Part shown: positions 10,390-19,492 of the stretch, in pieces
Position numbering within the stretch: the first letter of the stretch is position 1
How the letters are laid out: each line of letters starts with the position of its first letter
Assembly (NCBI GenBank): GCA_965221775.1
Contig: CBDCSU010000006.1
Coordinates: 1,568,001-1,632,000 of the forward strand
DNA from: Candidatus Latescibacterota bacterium
GTDB lineage: Bacteria; Latescibacterota; UBA2968; UBA8231
Reading direction: 5' to 3'
DNA: 64,000 nucleotides
The notes under the pieces: model-generated
What the model was told of the DNA's origin: nothing
The model's input: only the letters and a program-made list of their open reading frames with translations
Database searches by the model: none
Translations under genes and position numbers: made by a program

Positions 10390-11647
10390 CAAGCGCGAAC
10401 TACTCGACAAGATCCGCCTGGGCGAGGACTCCTATCTGGAGTTGAAGGAGGTGCGCCTGGCAGGCCGACAGGTCAAGGAGCCGCGTCGCGACTCGCTTGC
10501 GGACGAAATCGCTGCTTTTTCCAACAGCCACGGCGGAGTGATCGTCTTGGGCGTCCAGGACAAGCCCCGCGAGGTCCTGGGCATCCCGGCCGAGGGCCTC
10601 GATGCGGCGGAACTGCTCGTGCGCGAGATCTGCCGGGACTCGATCGACCCCTCCGTGGCGCCCATCATCGAGCGCCTTGAGCTGCCGACCGCGACGGGGG
10701 ACGAGGTTCCGGTAATCAAGATCGACGTTGCGCCCAGCCTGTTCGTTCATCGCAGCCCCGGCGGGTACCTGCTCCGGGTCGGGAGCGAGAAGCGGCCCAT
10801 GTCCACCGAGTATCTCGCCCGCCTGCTGGCGCAACGTTCGCGAACCGGCCTGGTGCGTTTCGACGAGGAGGTCGTAGCCGAGGCCTCGCTCGACGACCTG
10901 CAAGATGACCTGGTCGAGCGGTTCAGAACCCCGCGGTCGGCAACAGAGGCTTCCCGGTTCCTGTCAAACCTGCACTTGGCGCGAACCGATGAACGGGGCA
11001 ACACCAAGCCGACCGTTGCGGGCATTCTCCTTGCTGCGACAGACCCTCGGGAGTGGCTGCCCGGTGCCTACATTCAGGCCGTCGCCTACCGCGGCACCGA
11101 AGTCCGCGTGGGATCGGGCGATCCCTACCAGCTCGACGCCGAAGACCTGGCCGGCCCGCTGGATGCGCAGGTGGAGAGCGCCTGCCGCTTCGTCGCCAGG
11201 AACATGAAGACCGCGGCCTTCAAGAACATGGGACGGGTGGACCGACCGCAGTTCGACATGGCCGCCGTCTTCGAAGCGGTGGTCAATGCGGTGGCGCACC
11301 GCGACTACTCCATCCACGGGTCCAAGATCCGCTTGCGGCTCTTCGATGACCGGTTGGAGATCTACTCGCCCGGGTCGATTCCAAATTCGATGAGCGTCGA
11401 CGATCTGGTGCACATTCAGTCGTCCCGCAACGAGACGGTTGCCAGCCTGCTGGCGCGAATCCCGGTACCCGACCACTCCTGGCTGACCACCGACCGCGCA
11501 ACTCTGATGGACCGCCGTGGCGAAGGGGTGCGCATAATCCTCGACAACAGCGAGCGTCTCTCGGGAAAGACACCGACCCACCGGATGATCGGCGACGCCG
11601 AGCTTCTGCTCACCATCTACGCGGCTGCTCCAGAGGTGACTGAGTAG
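10379..11647 (+). CDS. AlbA_2 (Schlafen-like) + HATPase_c_4 domain protein
   Basis: GEDSYLELKE, IAAFSNSHGGVIVLGVQD, FEAVVNAVAHRDYS, RLEIYSPG, SRN, GEGV; GTG start with AGGAG RBS overlaps the upstream gene. Confidence 0.88.
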   Translation: MFDSKRELLDKIRLGEDSYLELKEVRLAGRQVKEPRRDSLADEIAAFSNSHGGVIVLGVQDKPREVLGIPAEGLDAAELLVREICRDSIDPSVAPIIERLELPTATGDEVPVIKIDVAPSLFVHRSPGGYLLRVGSEKRPMSTEYLARLLAQRSRTGLVRFDEEVVAEASLDDLQDDLVERFRTPRSATEASRFLSNLHLARTDERGNTKPTVAGILLAATDPREWLPGAYIQAVAYRGTEVRVGSGDPYQLDAEDLAGPLDAQVESACRFVARNMKTAAFKNMGRVDRPQFDMAAVFEAVVNAVAHRDYSIHGSKIRLRLFDDRLEIYSPGSIPNSMSVDDLVHIQSSRNETVASLLARIPVPDHSWLTTDRATLMDRRGEGVRIILDNSERLSGKTPTHRMIGDAELLLTIYAAAPEVTE

Positions 11648-11651
11648 AACC

Positions 11652-11864
11652 GTGGACAAACACCCTGTCTCATCCACGATGGTCAGGTCGATTGGCTACG
11701 ACACAAAGACGAAAACCCTTGAGGTAGAATTCCTGAGCGGCCGGGTCTACCGATACCATGGGGTGCCCACCCATGTGCATGACCGGATGATGGAGGCGCC
11801 GTCCAAGGGACGATTCCTCAACATGCACATCAGGGACAGCTACCCGTATTCGCGGGTTGGGTGA
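11652..11864 (+). CDS. KTSC domain protein
   Basis: VSSTMVRSIGYD...LEVEF..G.VYRY.GVP...APSKGRFLN..IR. Confidence 0.88.
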   Translation: MDKHPVSSTMVRSIGYDTKTKTLEVEFLSGRVYRYHGVPTHVHDRMMEAPSKGRFLNMHIRDSYPYSRVG

Positions 11865-11902
11865 TCCGACCGCACCCCGACCCCCAAACCGAGGAGATCC
11901 CC

Positions 11903-12799
11903 ATGCCCAGAGCCGAACCCTGGCGTTACGAGAAGCTCACCTGGCCCGAGATCAACGAGGCCGTGGCCGCGGGCAAGCCGGTGATCGCGCCCATCGGCTC
12001 CACCGAGCAGCACGGCCCGCACCTGCCCCTCGATGTGGACGTGGTCTGCCCCACGGGGGTGGCCCACGCCGCCGCCCGTCTCATGCCCGACCGGGTGCTG
12101 GTCATGCCGCCCATCGTCCACGGGTACACGGCCCACGTGATGGACTTCCCCGGCACCGTCAACATCCACTGGGAGCACTTCATCAAGTTCGTCGTCGACG
12201 TGGGGCGCAGCCTCGCCTATCACGGCTTCAAGAAGATCCTCCTCCTCAACGGCCACGGCTCGAACGCCCCCAACCTCGACTTGGCGGCGCGGCGGGTGAA
12301 CCTCGAGACCGACGCCGAGTGCAGCTTCCTGAGCTGGTGGAGCCTGTTAGGGGTGGACCCGGAGTTCATGAAGGGCTGGCGGGAGAGCAAGTTCCCGGGC
12401 GGCTGCTCCCACGCCTGCGAGCTGGAGACCTCCGTCTACCTCCACCTCGACCCGGACAACGTGCGCGAGGACCGCATCGCCGACGGCGAGATCGCCTTCC
12501 ACCGCTACGAGTCCGACTTCCACTGGACCGACCTGCTGGGCTCCTGCCCGGCGCAGGTCACCTCGTGGACGGCGAGCTACTCGGACAGCGGCGTCCTCGG
12601 GCAAGCCAGCCTGGCCAGCCGCGAGAAGGGGCGTCTCGCCGTGGAGGAAGCGGCCCGGCAGCTGGCCCGCTGGGTGGAGGAGTTCGGCTCCCGGCCCAAG
12701 CCGCCGAGGGGCGACCACCACGGGGAGCGGCCGTCGATGCCGATGCCGTGGGGGCAGCACGGACCGCCGGAGACGTCGGGAGACGTGCACGGGGGCTGA
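11903..12799 (+). CDS. Creatininase family protein
   Basis: LTWPEI, PIGSTEQHGPHLPLDVD, LLNGHGSN, HACELETS; GAGGAG RBS. Confidence 0.9.
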   Translation: MPRAEPWRYEKLTWPEINEAVAAGKPVIAPIGSTEQHGPHLPLDVDVVCPTGVAHAAARLMPDRVLVMPPIVHGYTAHVMDFPGTVNIHWEHFIKFVVDVGRSLAYHGFKKILLLNGHGSNAPNLDLAARRVNLETDAECSFLSWWSLLGVDPEFMKGWRESKFPGGCSHACELETSVYLHLDPDNVREDRIADGEIAFHRYESDFHWTDLLGSCPAQVTSWTASYSDSGVLGQASLASREKGRLAVEEAARQLARWVEEFGSRPKPPRGDHHGERPSMPMPWGQHGPPETSGDVHGG

Positions 12800-12806
12800 C
12801 GGCGGC

Positions 12807-13922
12807 GTGAAGACCGTCGCCCACTGCGTCACCCCTTACCTGCCGCTCACGGCGCGGTGGATCCACGCCCAGATCGCCCACCTGAAGCGCTACCGGCCGG
12901 TGGTGCTCACCCAGGAGACGCAGCACCTCGACAGCTTCCCCGTGGCCGCCGTCCACGACGCCGGCGCCTGGTCCGCGCCGCGCCGGTGGACCAACCGGCT
13001 GGTGCGCAAGACGACGGGGCAGTACCCCTTCTACGGCGGCCTGCTCAAGCGGGAAGGGGCCTCCCTGATCCACGCCCACTTCGGCTACCAGGGGCACTTC
13101 TGCCAGCGCGCCCGCAGGGCCGCGGGCCTGCCCATGGTGGTCAGCTTCTACGGCGAGGACGGCACCCGCTACCTGCGCTACCCGCGCTGGCTGCGGCGCT
13201 ACCGCCGGCTCTTCGAGGAGGCGGTAGCGGTCCTGGTGGAGGGCGGGGCCATGGGTGGGCGCCTGGTGGAGGCGGGGTGTCCGCCCGAGAAGGTGCGCGT
13301 CCAGCGCCTCGGGGTGGAGGCGGCGGAGATCCCCTTCCGGCCGCGTGAGCCGGCGGAGGCGGTGCGCTTCCTGATCTGCGCCTCCTTCCGCGAGAAGAAG
13401 GGCATCCCCCAGGCGCTGATGGCCGTGGGCCGGGCGCGGGAGCAGCGCCCCTTCCCCTGCGAGGTGGTGCTGATCGGGGACGGTCCCGAGAGGGCGCGGA
13501 TCCTGGAGGCGGTGGAACGCTCCGGCCTGGGGGAGCGGGTGCGGCTCCTGGGCGCCCTGCCCTACGAGCGGGTCCTCAAGGAGATGGAGCGCTGCCACGT
13601 GCTGCTGCAAGCCAGCCTCACCGCCGCCGACGGGGACGGCGAGGGCGGGGCCCCGGTGGTGCTCCTCGACGCCCAGGCCTCCGGTCTGCCGGTGGTGGCC
13701 ACCCGCCACGCCGACATCCCCGAGTACGTCCTCGACGGCCGCAGCGGACTGCTGGCGCCGGAGGGCGACGTGGAGGCCCTGGCCGAGTGCATCGGCGCCA
13801 TGGTGAGGGACCCGGCCCGCTGGCCGGAGATGGGGCGGGAGGGGCGCCGCCACGTGGAGGGCAGCTACAACGCTCCGGTGCAGTGCGCGGCCCTGGAAGA
13901 GCTGTACGACGAGTTCGTCTGA
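12807..13922 (+). CDS. Glycosyltransferase family 4 (WcaL-like)
   Basis: IHAHFG, FREKKG, DGDGEGGAPVVLLDAQASGLPVVATRHADIPE. Confidence 0.88.
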   Translation: MKTVAHCVTPYLPLTARWIHAQIAHLKRYRPVVLTQETQHLDSFPVAAVHDAGAWSAPRRWTNRLVRKTTGQYPFYGGLLKREGASLIHAHFGYQGHFCQRARRAAGLPMVVSFYGEDGTRYLRYPRWLRRYRRLFEEAVAVLVEGGAMGGRLVEAGCPPEKVRVQRLGVEAAEIPFRPREPAEAVRFLICASFREKKGIPQALMAVGRAREQRPFPCEVVLIGDGPERARILEAVERSGLGERVRLLGALPYERVLKEMERCHVLLQASLTAADGDGEGGAPVVLLDAQASGLPVVATRHADIPEYVLDGRSGLLAPEGDVEALAECIGAMVRDPARWPEMGREGRRHVEGSYNAPVQCAALEELYDEFV

Positions 13923-13983
13923 CTCGGGGTCCGCGGCCAGCGCGCGCGAGCCCCACGCGCTGCTGCATACCGCGAGAGCTCGC

Positions 13984-14643
13984 TCAGAGCAGCTGCTTCC
14001 GCCGCTTGTCCGCGATCACCCGCTCCACGAAGCCGGGGCCGCAACAGGCCTCGAAGCCACCCCCTGGAAAGCGCATCGCCCAGCGGTAGAGCTCCTCCAG
14101 GCGGCGGGCGTCGCCGTCGAGGACGGGCGCCTCGGCCCGTACCGCGTCGAGCTGCTCGATGACGGCGGCGGCGATCCTGGCGTAGAAGCGGCCCTCGGCG
14201 CCGCCGGGCCCCTCCGCTCCCTGCCTCGCCTGCTGGTACCACGCCATGGCGTTGAAGCTCACCACCCGAATCCGCGGGTAGAAGGAGCACATCAGGTTCC
14301 AGTCGTCGCCGTCCTTCTCCTGATCGCCGGAGGAGCGGAAGTCGGAGCGCAGGACCACCGACGGGATGTCCAGCATCTTGGCGAGCATGAACTCCACCAC
14401 CGTGCCGGAGTCCAGGTCGGGCCCGTCGAAGTTGAACAGGCCGAGGTCGCAGGCCATGACCTGCTTGAGGTCCTGGTTGCGGATGTCCACGGCGCGCTCC
14501 GTGGACTGCTCCAGGTCCTGGGGCACGACGCAGGCGTAGCGGCCCCCGGAGTGCTCCTCGATCGCCCCGGCGAGCAGGGCGTTACCGGTGAGGTGCTTGT
14601 GGTCGAAGAGGTCGCCGGCGAAGTAGAGGGTGAGGGGGGCCAC
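13984..14643 (-). CDS. Nucleoside 2-deoxyribosyltransferase family protein
   Basis: LYFAGDLF, VPQD, FDGPDLDSGTVVEF, SDFR, WNLM. Confidence 0.8.
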   Translation of the reverse strand: MAPLTLYFAGDLFDHKHLTGNALLAGAIEEHSGGRYACVVPQDLEQSTERAVDIRNQDLKQVMACDLGLFNFDGPDLDSGTVVEFMLAKMLDIPSVVLRSDFRSSGDQEKDGDDWNLMCSFYPRIRVVSFNAMAWYQQARQGAEGPGGAEGRFYARIAAAVIEQLDAVRAEAPVLDGDARRLEELYRWAMRFPGGGFEACCGPGFVERVIADKRRKQLL

Positions 14644-14654
14644 GCCGTCTCTCG

Positions 14655-15410
14655 TCAGGGGATCCAGCGGATGGAGGCGCGCAGGCCGTGGGTGGCCAGG
14701 TCCGCGCCGGTCTCGGCCAGGTCGAGCTCAATCGGCTCGTGGCTCCCGTCCCGCCAGACGATCCGCCCCTTGCCGGGGCCGGTCTCCACGGCGCCGGACT
14801 CCGTGTAGCGCCAGGCGAGATCGAGGACGAAGCACGGGCCCAGGCCCGCCGACACGCCCGCCGTCACCATCCATACGGAGCCCAGCCGCCGGGCCCCGGG
14901 GACGATGGTATCCGTCGTGCGGAAGCGCAGGCGGGTGTCGCCGATGGCGACGCGGGACAGGCCGGCGCCGCCGCCGAGGAAAGGGCCGGCGCCGCCGGGC
15001 CACTGCAGGTAGGCGGCGACCAGCCCCGACAGGGAGGACAACTCGGCCGAGGCCGCCTGGATGCCGCGGGTCTGCACGAAGTTGGACCGCCCCCGGAAGG
15101 AGAGTCCGGGTCGGTACTGGGCCAGGGCCTCGAAACGCAGGACCGATGCCAGCCCCCGGCCGACGCCGATCTCGATCCCGGGGGTGGAGCCGAAGTCGCC
15201 CGCGGCCCCCAGGGGGGCGCCGTCGATGCCCTCGCCGCAGCCGTAGAGGGCGGCTGGATTCTGGCTGGTGCAGTCCACGTCGAGGAAGCTCGTCTCCTCC
15301 GACAGGTCGAAGGCGATCCCGCCGCGGTAGTAGAAGTCCGCGGCTCCGGGGGAGGCGCCCGCGACGATGACCGCAATGATCGCGGCGACAGCTGCCGGGC
15401 CGAGCCGCAT
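14655..15410 (-). CDS. Outer-membrane beta-barrel (opacity-like) protein
   Basis: Signal peptide, amphipathic strands, PFLGGGAGLS, LDLAWRY, HGLRASIRW C-terminus. Confidence 0.7.
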   Translation of the reverse strand: MRLGPAAVAAIIAVIVAGASPGAADFYYRGGIAFDLSEETSFLDVDCTSQNPAALYGCGEGIDGAPLGAAGDFGSTPGIEIGVGRGLASVLRFEALAQYRPGLSFRGRSNFVQTRGIQAASAELSSLSGLVAAYLQWPGGAGPFLGGGAGLSRVAIGDTRLRFRTTDTIVPGARRLGSVWMVTAGVSAGLGPCFVLDLAWRYTESGAVETGPGKGRIVWRDGSHEPIELDLAETGADLATHGLRASIRWIP

Positions 15411-16612
15411 CAGACCGCCCACTTCTCCATCTTCGCTTCGTCCAGCTCGACGCCGAGGCCGGGACCGGGCGGGGGCTCGAGGGCGCCGTCGCGGTACTCG
15501 AAGGGGGTGGCGCAGATGTCGTCCACGAGCAGGCCCGGGGCGACGAGGTCGGAGGGCACGGTGACGTTGGCGCAGGCGACGGCGAGATGGACGAAGGCGG
15601 CGGTGCCCGGACCCAGCTCGACGGTGCTGCCCAGGAGAACGGGGATGCCGCCGCTGCCGGCGGTGTGGATGAGGCGCTGGCCGCGGGTCACGCCGCCGCC
15701 CTGGGAGGGGATGACGTTGATCACGTCCACGGCCCGGTGGCGGACGACCGAGGCGGTGAAGGCGTCGTCGAGGTCGGCCACGTGCTCGATGATGTCGATG
15801 GGGGACTGCTCACGGACCCTGGCGAGGACGGCCGTGGCCCTGTCGGGGTCACGGTTGATGCGCTCCGGATGGTCGTTGACCACGGGCCGGCTCACGGCGT
15901 CGACGGGGGTCTCGCAGGCGTGGACGCCGGCGGCGGCCAGCTCGCGCAGGCGCGCCACGGCCTCTTCCTCGGTCCAGGCGCCGCTGGCGTCGCCGCGCAG
16001 GTAGGTGTCAGGGCCCGCCACCTCGCGGAACCGGCGCACCCGCTCCAGGTCGCGGCCGGGATCGCCGCCGACCTTCATCTTGAAGGCGCGGATCCCCTCC
16101 TCCAGCTTGCCGCGCACCTCGTCGGCGAGCGCATCCAGCTCCGCCTCCGCCGGCATGTCGTTGCGCATGTACGCCACCCAGCAGACCTCCACCCGGTCAT
16201 GGACTCGGCCGCCCAACAGCTCGTGGAGGGGCGCCCCCAGCCGCTTGCCCACCAGGTCGAGGAGGGCGATCTCGACGCCGAAGAGGGTGAGGCCGCGCAG
16301 CTCGGGGTGGCAGTCCGGGGGCAGGGCCGCGCCCACGGCGGCGAAGGCCTCCCGCCAACGCCCGAGGTCCCGCCCCACGAGTTGGGCGGCGAGCAGCTCC
16401 CGCAGCTGGTCCGCCGGCAGCGGGTCCATGCGGTCGGCCATGTCCGAGACCTCCCCGAGGCCGACCGGTCCGTCATCGGTGAACAGCTCCAGGACCTGGT
16501 AGCGCGAGCGCCGGTGATCGGTGTCGGGCTGCAGCTGGTCCGGGTCGGCAGCGTAGGTCCCGTAGATCCGCGGGATCGACACCTCGCGCACGCGCACGTC
16601 CGTGATCTTCAA
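15410..16612 (-). CDS. Mandelate racemase/muconate lactonizing enzyme family protein
   Basis: KITDVRV, VGLGE, EIALLDLVGK, FKMKVG, RGDASG, ETP, GPGLGVELDE; TTG start after GGAGAGGAG. Confidence 0.85.
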   Translation of the reverse strand: MKITDVRVREVSIPRIYGTYAADPDQLQPDTDHRRSRYQVLELFTDDGPVGLGEVSDMADRMDPLPADQLRELLAAQLVGRDLGRWREAFAAVGAALPPDCHPELRGLTLFGVEIALLDLVGKRLGAPLHELLGGRVHDRVEVCWVAYMRNDMPAEAELDALADEVRGKLEEGIRAFKMKVGGDPGRDLERVRRFREVAGPDTYLRGDASGAWTEEEAVARLRELAAAGVHACETPVDAVSRPVVNDHPERINRDPDRATAVLARVREQSPIDIIEHVADLDDAFTASVVRHRAVDVINVIPSQGGGVTRGQRLIHTAGSGGIPVLLGSTVELGPGTAAFVHLAVACANVTVPSDLVAPGLLVDDICATPFEYRDGALEPPPGPGLGVELDEAKMEKWAV

Positions 16613-16703
16613 ACGGCGCTCCTCTCCTTGGGGCTCCATGCACCCGAAGGCAAACAACGCTAGATTGGGCCCGAGGCGACAGGCAAGATCCACGACGGAG
16701 GGA

Positions 16704-17705
16704 ATGATGATCGACATAGGTTTCATCGGCGCCGGCGGCATGGGGCGGCACCAGGCCGCCAGTTTCGCACAGGTCCGGGGCTGCCGGGTGGCGGCGGTGG
16801 CCGACCCCGTGAGGCCCGCGGCCGAGGCCCTGGCCGCCGACCACGAGGGAGCATCCGTCCACGAGGACCACCGCGAACTGCTCGCCGGCGGGATCGGCGC
16901 GGTGGTGGTGGCGGTGCCCACGGGCCTCCACGCCGCCGTGGCCATCGACTGCCTCAAGGCCGGCGTGCCGGTCCTGGTGGAGAAGCCGATGGCCCGCACC
17001 GTGGCCCAGTGCCGGGCCATGAACCGGGTCAGCGACAGCACGGGGACCCTGCTCATGGTCGCCCACTGCCGGCGCTACGACTCCCACTGGGGGACCTGGG
17101 GGCGGGCGGTGCAGTCCGGCCGCCTCGGCTTCCCGGTGCTGTGGCGGGACTGCTCGGCGGGCATGGGACCGGGCCGCTGGTTCATGGACGAGGAGCTGGG
17201 CGGCGGCCCCCTCATCGACGGGGCGGTGCACAACTACGACTTCGCCAACATGATCTTCGGCGACCCCGAGAGCGTGGTGGCGAGCACCCTCAAAGTGAAC
17301 CCCGCGGTCACCGCCATCGACACCGGCTCGGCGGTGGTGCGCTACCCCGGCGGCAACCAGCTGCTGCTCTCCTGGTCCTGGGGCACCCGCGGAAAGGGCA
17401 TGCACGACGTCATCGGCCCCAAGGGCGGCCTCGAGTTCGGCCCGGGGCCGCAGGGTCCGCCCGAGGGAGACCAGGGCAAGCACAGCTGGTTCTGCATCAC
17501 CCGGACCAACGGCAAGCAGACCCAGCTGCGGGCGCCGGCCGACTTCAACCAGATGTACAAGCGCCAGGCGCGGCACTTCCTCGACTGCATCCGCGGGCGG
17601 GCCGAGTGCCGCACCCCCGGGACCGAGGCGATCAAGGCGGTGGCCGTGGCCGAGGCGATCCTCAAGGCGGGTCCCGCAGGCGGCCGGCGGACTGTCCGCT
17701 GGTGA
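16704..17705 (+). CDS. Gfo/Idh/MocA family oxidoreductase
   Basis: IGFIGAGGMG, VLVEKPMA, GGGPLIDGAVHNYD. Confidence 0.9.
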   Translation: MMIDIGFIGAGGMGRHQAASFAQVRGCRVAAVADPVRPAAEALAADHEGASVHEDHRELLAGGIGAVVVAVPTGLHAAVAIDCLKAGVPVLVEKPMARTVAQCRAMNRVSDSTGTLLMVAHCRRYDSHWGTWGRAVQSGRLGFPVLWRDCSAGMGPGRWFMDEELGGGPLIDGAVHNYDFANMIFGDPESVVASTLKVNPAVTAIDTGSAVVRYPGGNQLLLSWSWGTRGKGMHDVIGPKGGLEFGPGPQGPPEGDQGKHSWFCITRTNGKQTQLRAPADFNQMYKRQARHFLDCIRGRAECRTPGTEAIKAVAVAEAILKAGPAGGRRTVRW

Positions 17706-17718
17706 GGAGGGGCAGGCC

Positions 17719-18513
17719 ATGAAGGCGGATCTCGAGACCCAGCAGTACCTCTTCGACCTGCAGGGCTACCTGGTGTTGGAGGACGTTCTCGACGCCGGGG
17801 AGCTGGCCGCGCTGAACGAGCTGATCGACGCGCGGGACCTGCCCGACAAGGAGGGCATCCAGCGCTTCGGCGACGCCTGCGGCTCCTCGCCCGAGGGGCC
17901 CGGGTTCCTGCAGTGGGGGCAGCCGTTCTGCGACCTCCTCGACCACGAGCGCATCCTGCCCGTCCTGCGCTTCCGGCTGGGGGACTGCTTCCGCCTGGAC
18001 CGCATCTACGGCATCCGCACTCGGGAGGGCTCCCCCCGCGGCTACCTGCACTCCGACTACGGCGCCTCGGCCATCGGCGCGCCCTCGGTGCCCGGCGAGC
18101 GCTACCACTGGCCCGAGAACGTCCTGCACACCGGGTTCGTGGTCGTCTCCTGGAACCTCACCGACGCCGGCCCCGGCCACGGCGGGTTCTGCTGCGTCCC
18201 CGGCTCCCACAAGTCCGTCTTCCGCATCCCGGAGCACATCGAGGAGGCCCACGAGGACTCCGATCAGGTCATCCTGCCGCCGGCGCCGGCGGGCTCCGTG
18301 ACCCTCTTCACCGAGGCGATCACCCACGGCACCGCGGCCTGGAGGGCCCCCCACGACCGGCGCTGCCTGCTCTTCAAGTACTGCGTCTCCCAGATCGCCT
18401 GGTCGGCCAACCGCATGCAGCCCCCCGAGGGGATCGAGCTGACGCCGCGCCAGCAGATCCTCTTCCGCGACGCCGCCGACCCGCACCGCTACTTCCCCTC
18501 CCTCTTCGAGTAA
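17719..18513 (+). CDS. PhyH family dioxygenase
   Basis: YLFDLQGYLVL, LHSD, CVPGSHK, AGSVTLFTEAITHG. Confidence 0.88.
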   Translation: MKADLETQQYLFDLQGYLVLEDVLDAGELAALNELIDARDLPDKEGIQRFGDACGSSPEGPGFLQWGQPFCDLLDHERILPVLRFRLGDCFRLDRIYGIRTREGSPRGYLHSDYGASAIGAPSVPGERYHWPENVLHTGFVVVSWNLTDAGPGHGGFCCVPGSHKSVFRIPEHIEEAHEDSDQVILPPAPAGSVTLFTEAITHGTAAWRAPHDRRCLLFKYCVSQIAWSANRMQPPEGIELTPRQQILFRDAADPHRYFPSLFE

Positions 18514-18518
18514 CCCTC

Positions 18519-19088
18519 GTGGCCGCGGCCGAGATCCGCATCGAGACGGAGCGGCTGGTCCTGCGCCGGATGCGGGACGACGACCTCGCCGACTACCTCG
18601 ACTGCGAGTCCCAGCCCGGCCACACCCTCTACCTGAGCCGCGAGCCGTACACGGAGGAGGAGGCGAGGAAGTTCATCGCCACCTCCCGCGATCTGCCCCT
18701 CGAGGCCGAGGGGACCTACCTGCACCTGGCGATCGAGCACAAGACGACGGGCCGGGTGATCGGCACCAGCTGCATCAAGGTGACCAGCCGGGCGCACCGC
18801 CAGGGGGACATGGGGTGGTTCCTCCACGCCGGCTGCCGGGGCCAGGGGCTGGCCACCGAGGCCAGCCGGGCGATGCTGGAGTTCGCCTTCACCACCCTCG
18901 ACCTGCACCGGATCACCGCCCACTGCGACGGTGAGAACGAGCGCTCCCTCCTCATGGCCGAGCGCCTGGGCATGCAGCGGGAGGCCTTCTTCCGCGAGAC
19001 CGTCTTCTTCGGCGGGGAGTGGCACAGTCAGCACGGCCTGTCCATCCTGCGCAGGGAGTGGGAGACCGGGCAGGGCCGCGGGGGATGA
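18519..19088 (+). CDS. GNAT (RimJ/RimL-like) acetyltransferase
   Basis: IETERLVLR, RGQGLATEA, LHRITA, NERS...ERLGMQRE; start codon uncertain. Confidence 0.85.
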   Translation: MAAAEIRIETERLVLRRMRDDDLADYLDCESQPGHTLYLSREPYTEEEARKFIATSRDLPLEAEGTYLHLAIEHKTTGRVIGTSCIKVTSRAHRQGDMGWFLHAGCRGQGLATEASRAMLEFAFTTLDLHRITAHCDGENERSLLMAERLGMQREAFFRETVFFGGEWHSQHGLSILRREWETGQGRGG

Positions 19089-19097
19089 TCGAACCGA

Positions 19098-19449
19098 GGG
19101 GGTCTGGCAAGGGACGGTGCCGGCGGCTCCGGCCGCGCCTCGGCGGCGCGTACGCCGGGCCTGGGGGGTGGGACTATCGACTTGGGGTGGTTCGTGGGGC
19201 TGGCGAGCCCCTCGCTGCGCTCGGGTCTCTGGGCCTCCTGGATGCGTGGTGGTTGTTGACCCCGGCCCGGCGTAATGCGCCGCTCGGCTCGGCCTGCGCC
19301 TCCGTCACCGCCCATAGGGGGGACCACCCACCACACACTGTTCTGGGCCGGGTGGCGCCTGGGGGTGGTTCGGGGCCGGGGGTGGCTCCGGCGCCACTCG
19401 ATCTGGTGGTACGCCGGTTTGCTGGGCCAGGGTTGGCGGGGATCCCGAA
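19098..19449 (+). repeat. Dispersed hairpin repeat copy A (modules 1+2)
   Basis: Conserved blocks CGGCGGCTCCGGCCGCGCCTCGGCGGCGCGTACGCCGGG, CTATCG, GGGGCTGGCGAGCCCCTCGCTGCGCTCGGGTCTCTGGG, GTTGACCCCGGCCCGGCGTAATGCGCCGCTCGGCTCGGCCTGCGCC, CCGGCGCCACTCGAT. Confidence 0.95.
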
Positions 19450-19492
19450 CTACTCCAGGACTCCCTCCCCCTGAGGCGCGGGGGATTCGACG

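Noticed and set aside
11880-11891. ACCCCCAAACCG also present, inverted, upstream of ilvD beside repeat B
   Set aside because: Only 12 nt and outside the conserved core; too weak to call an opposite-orientation copy.
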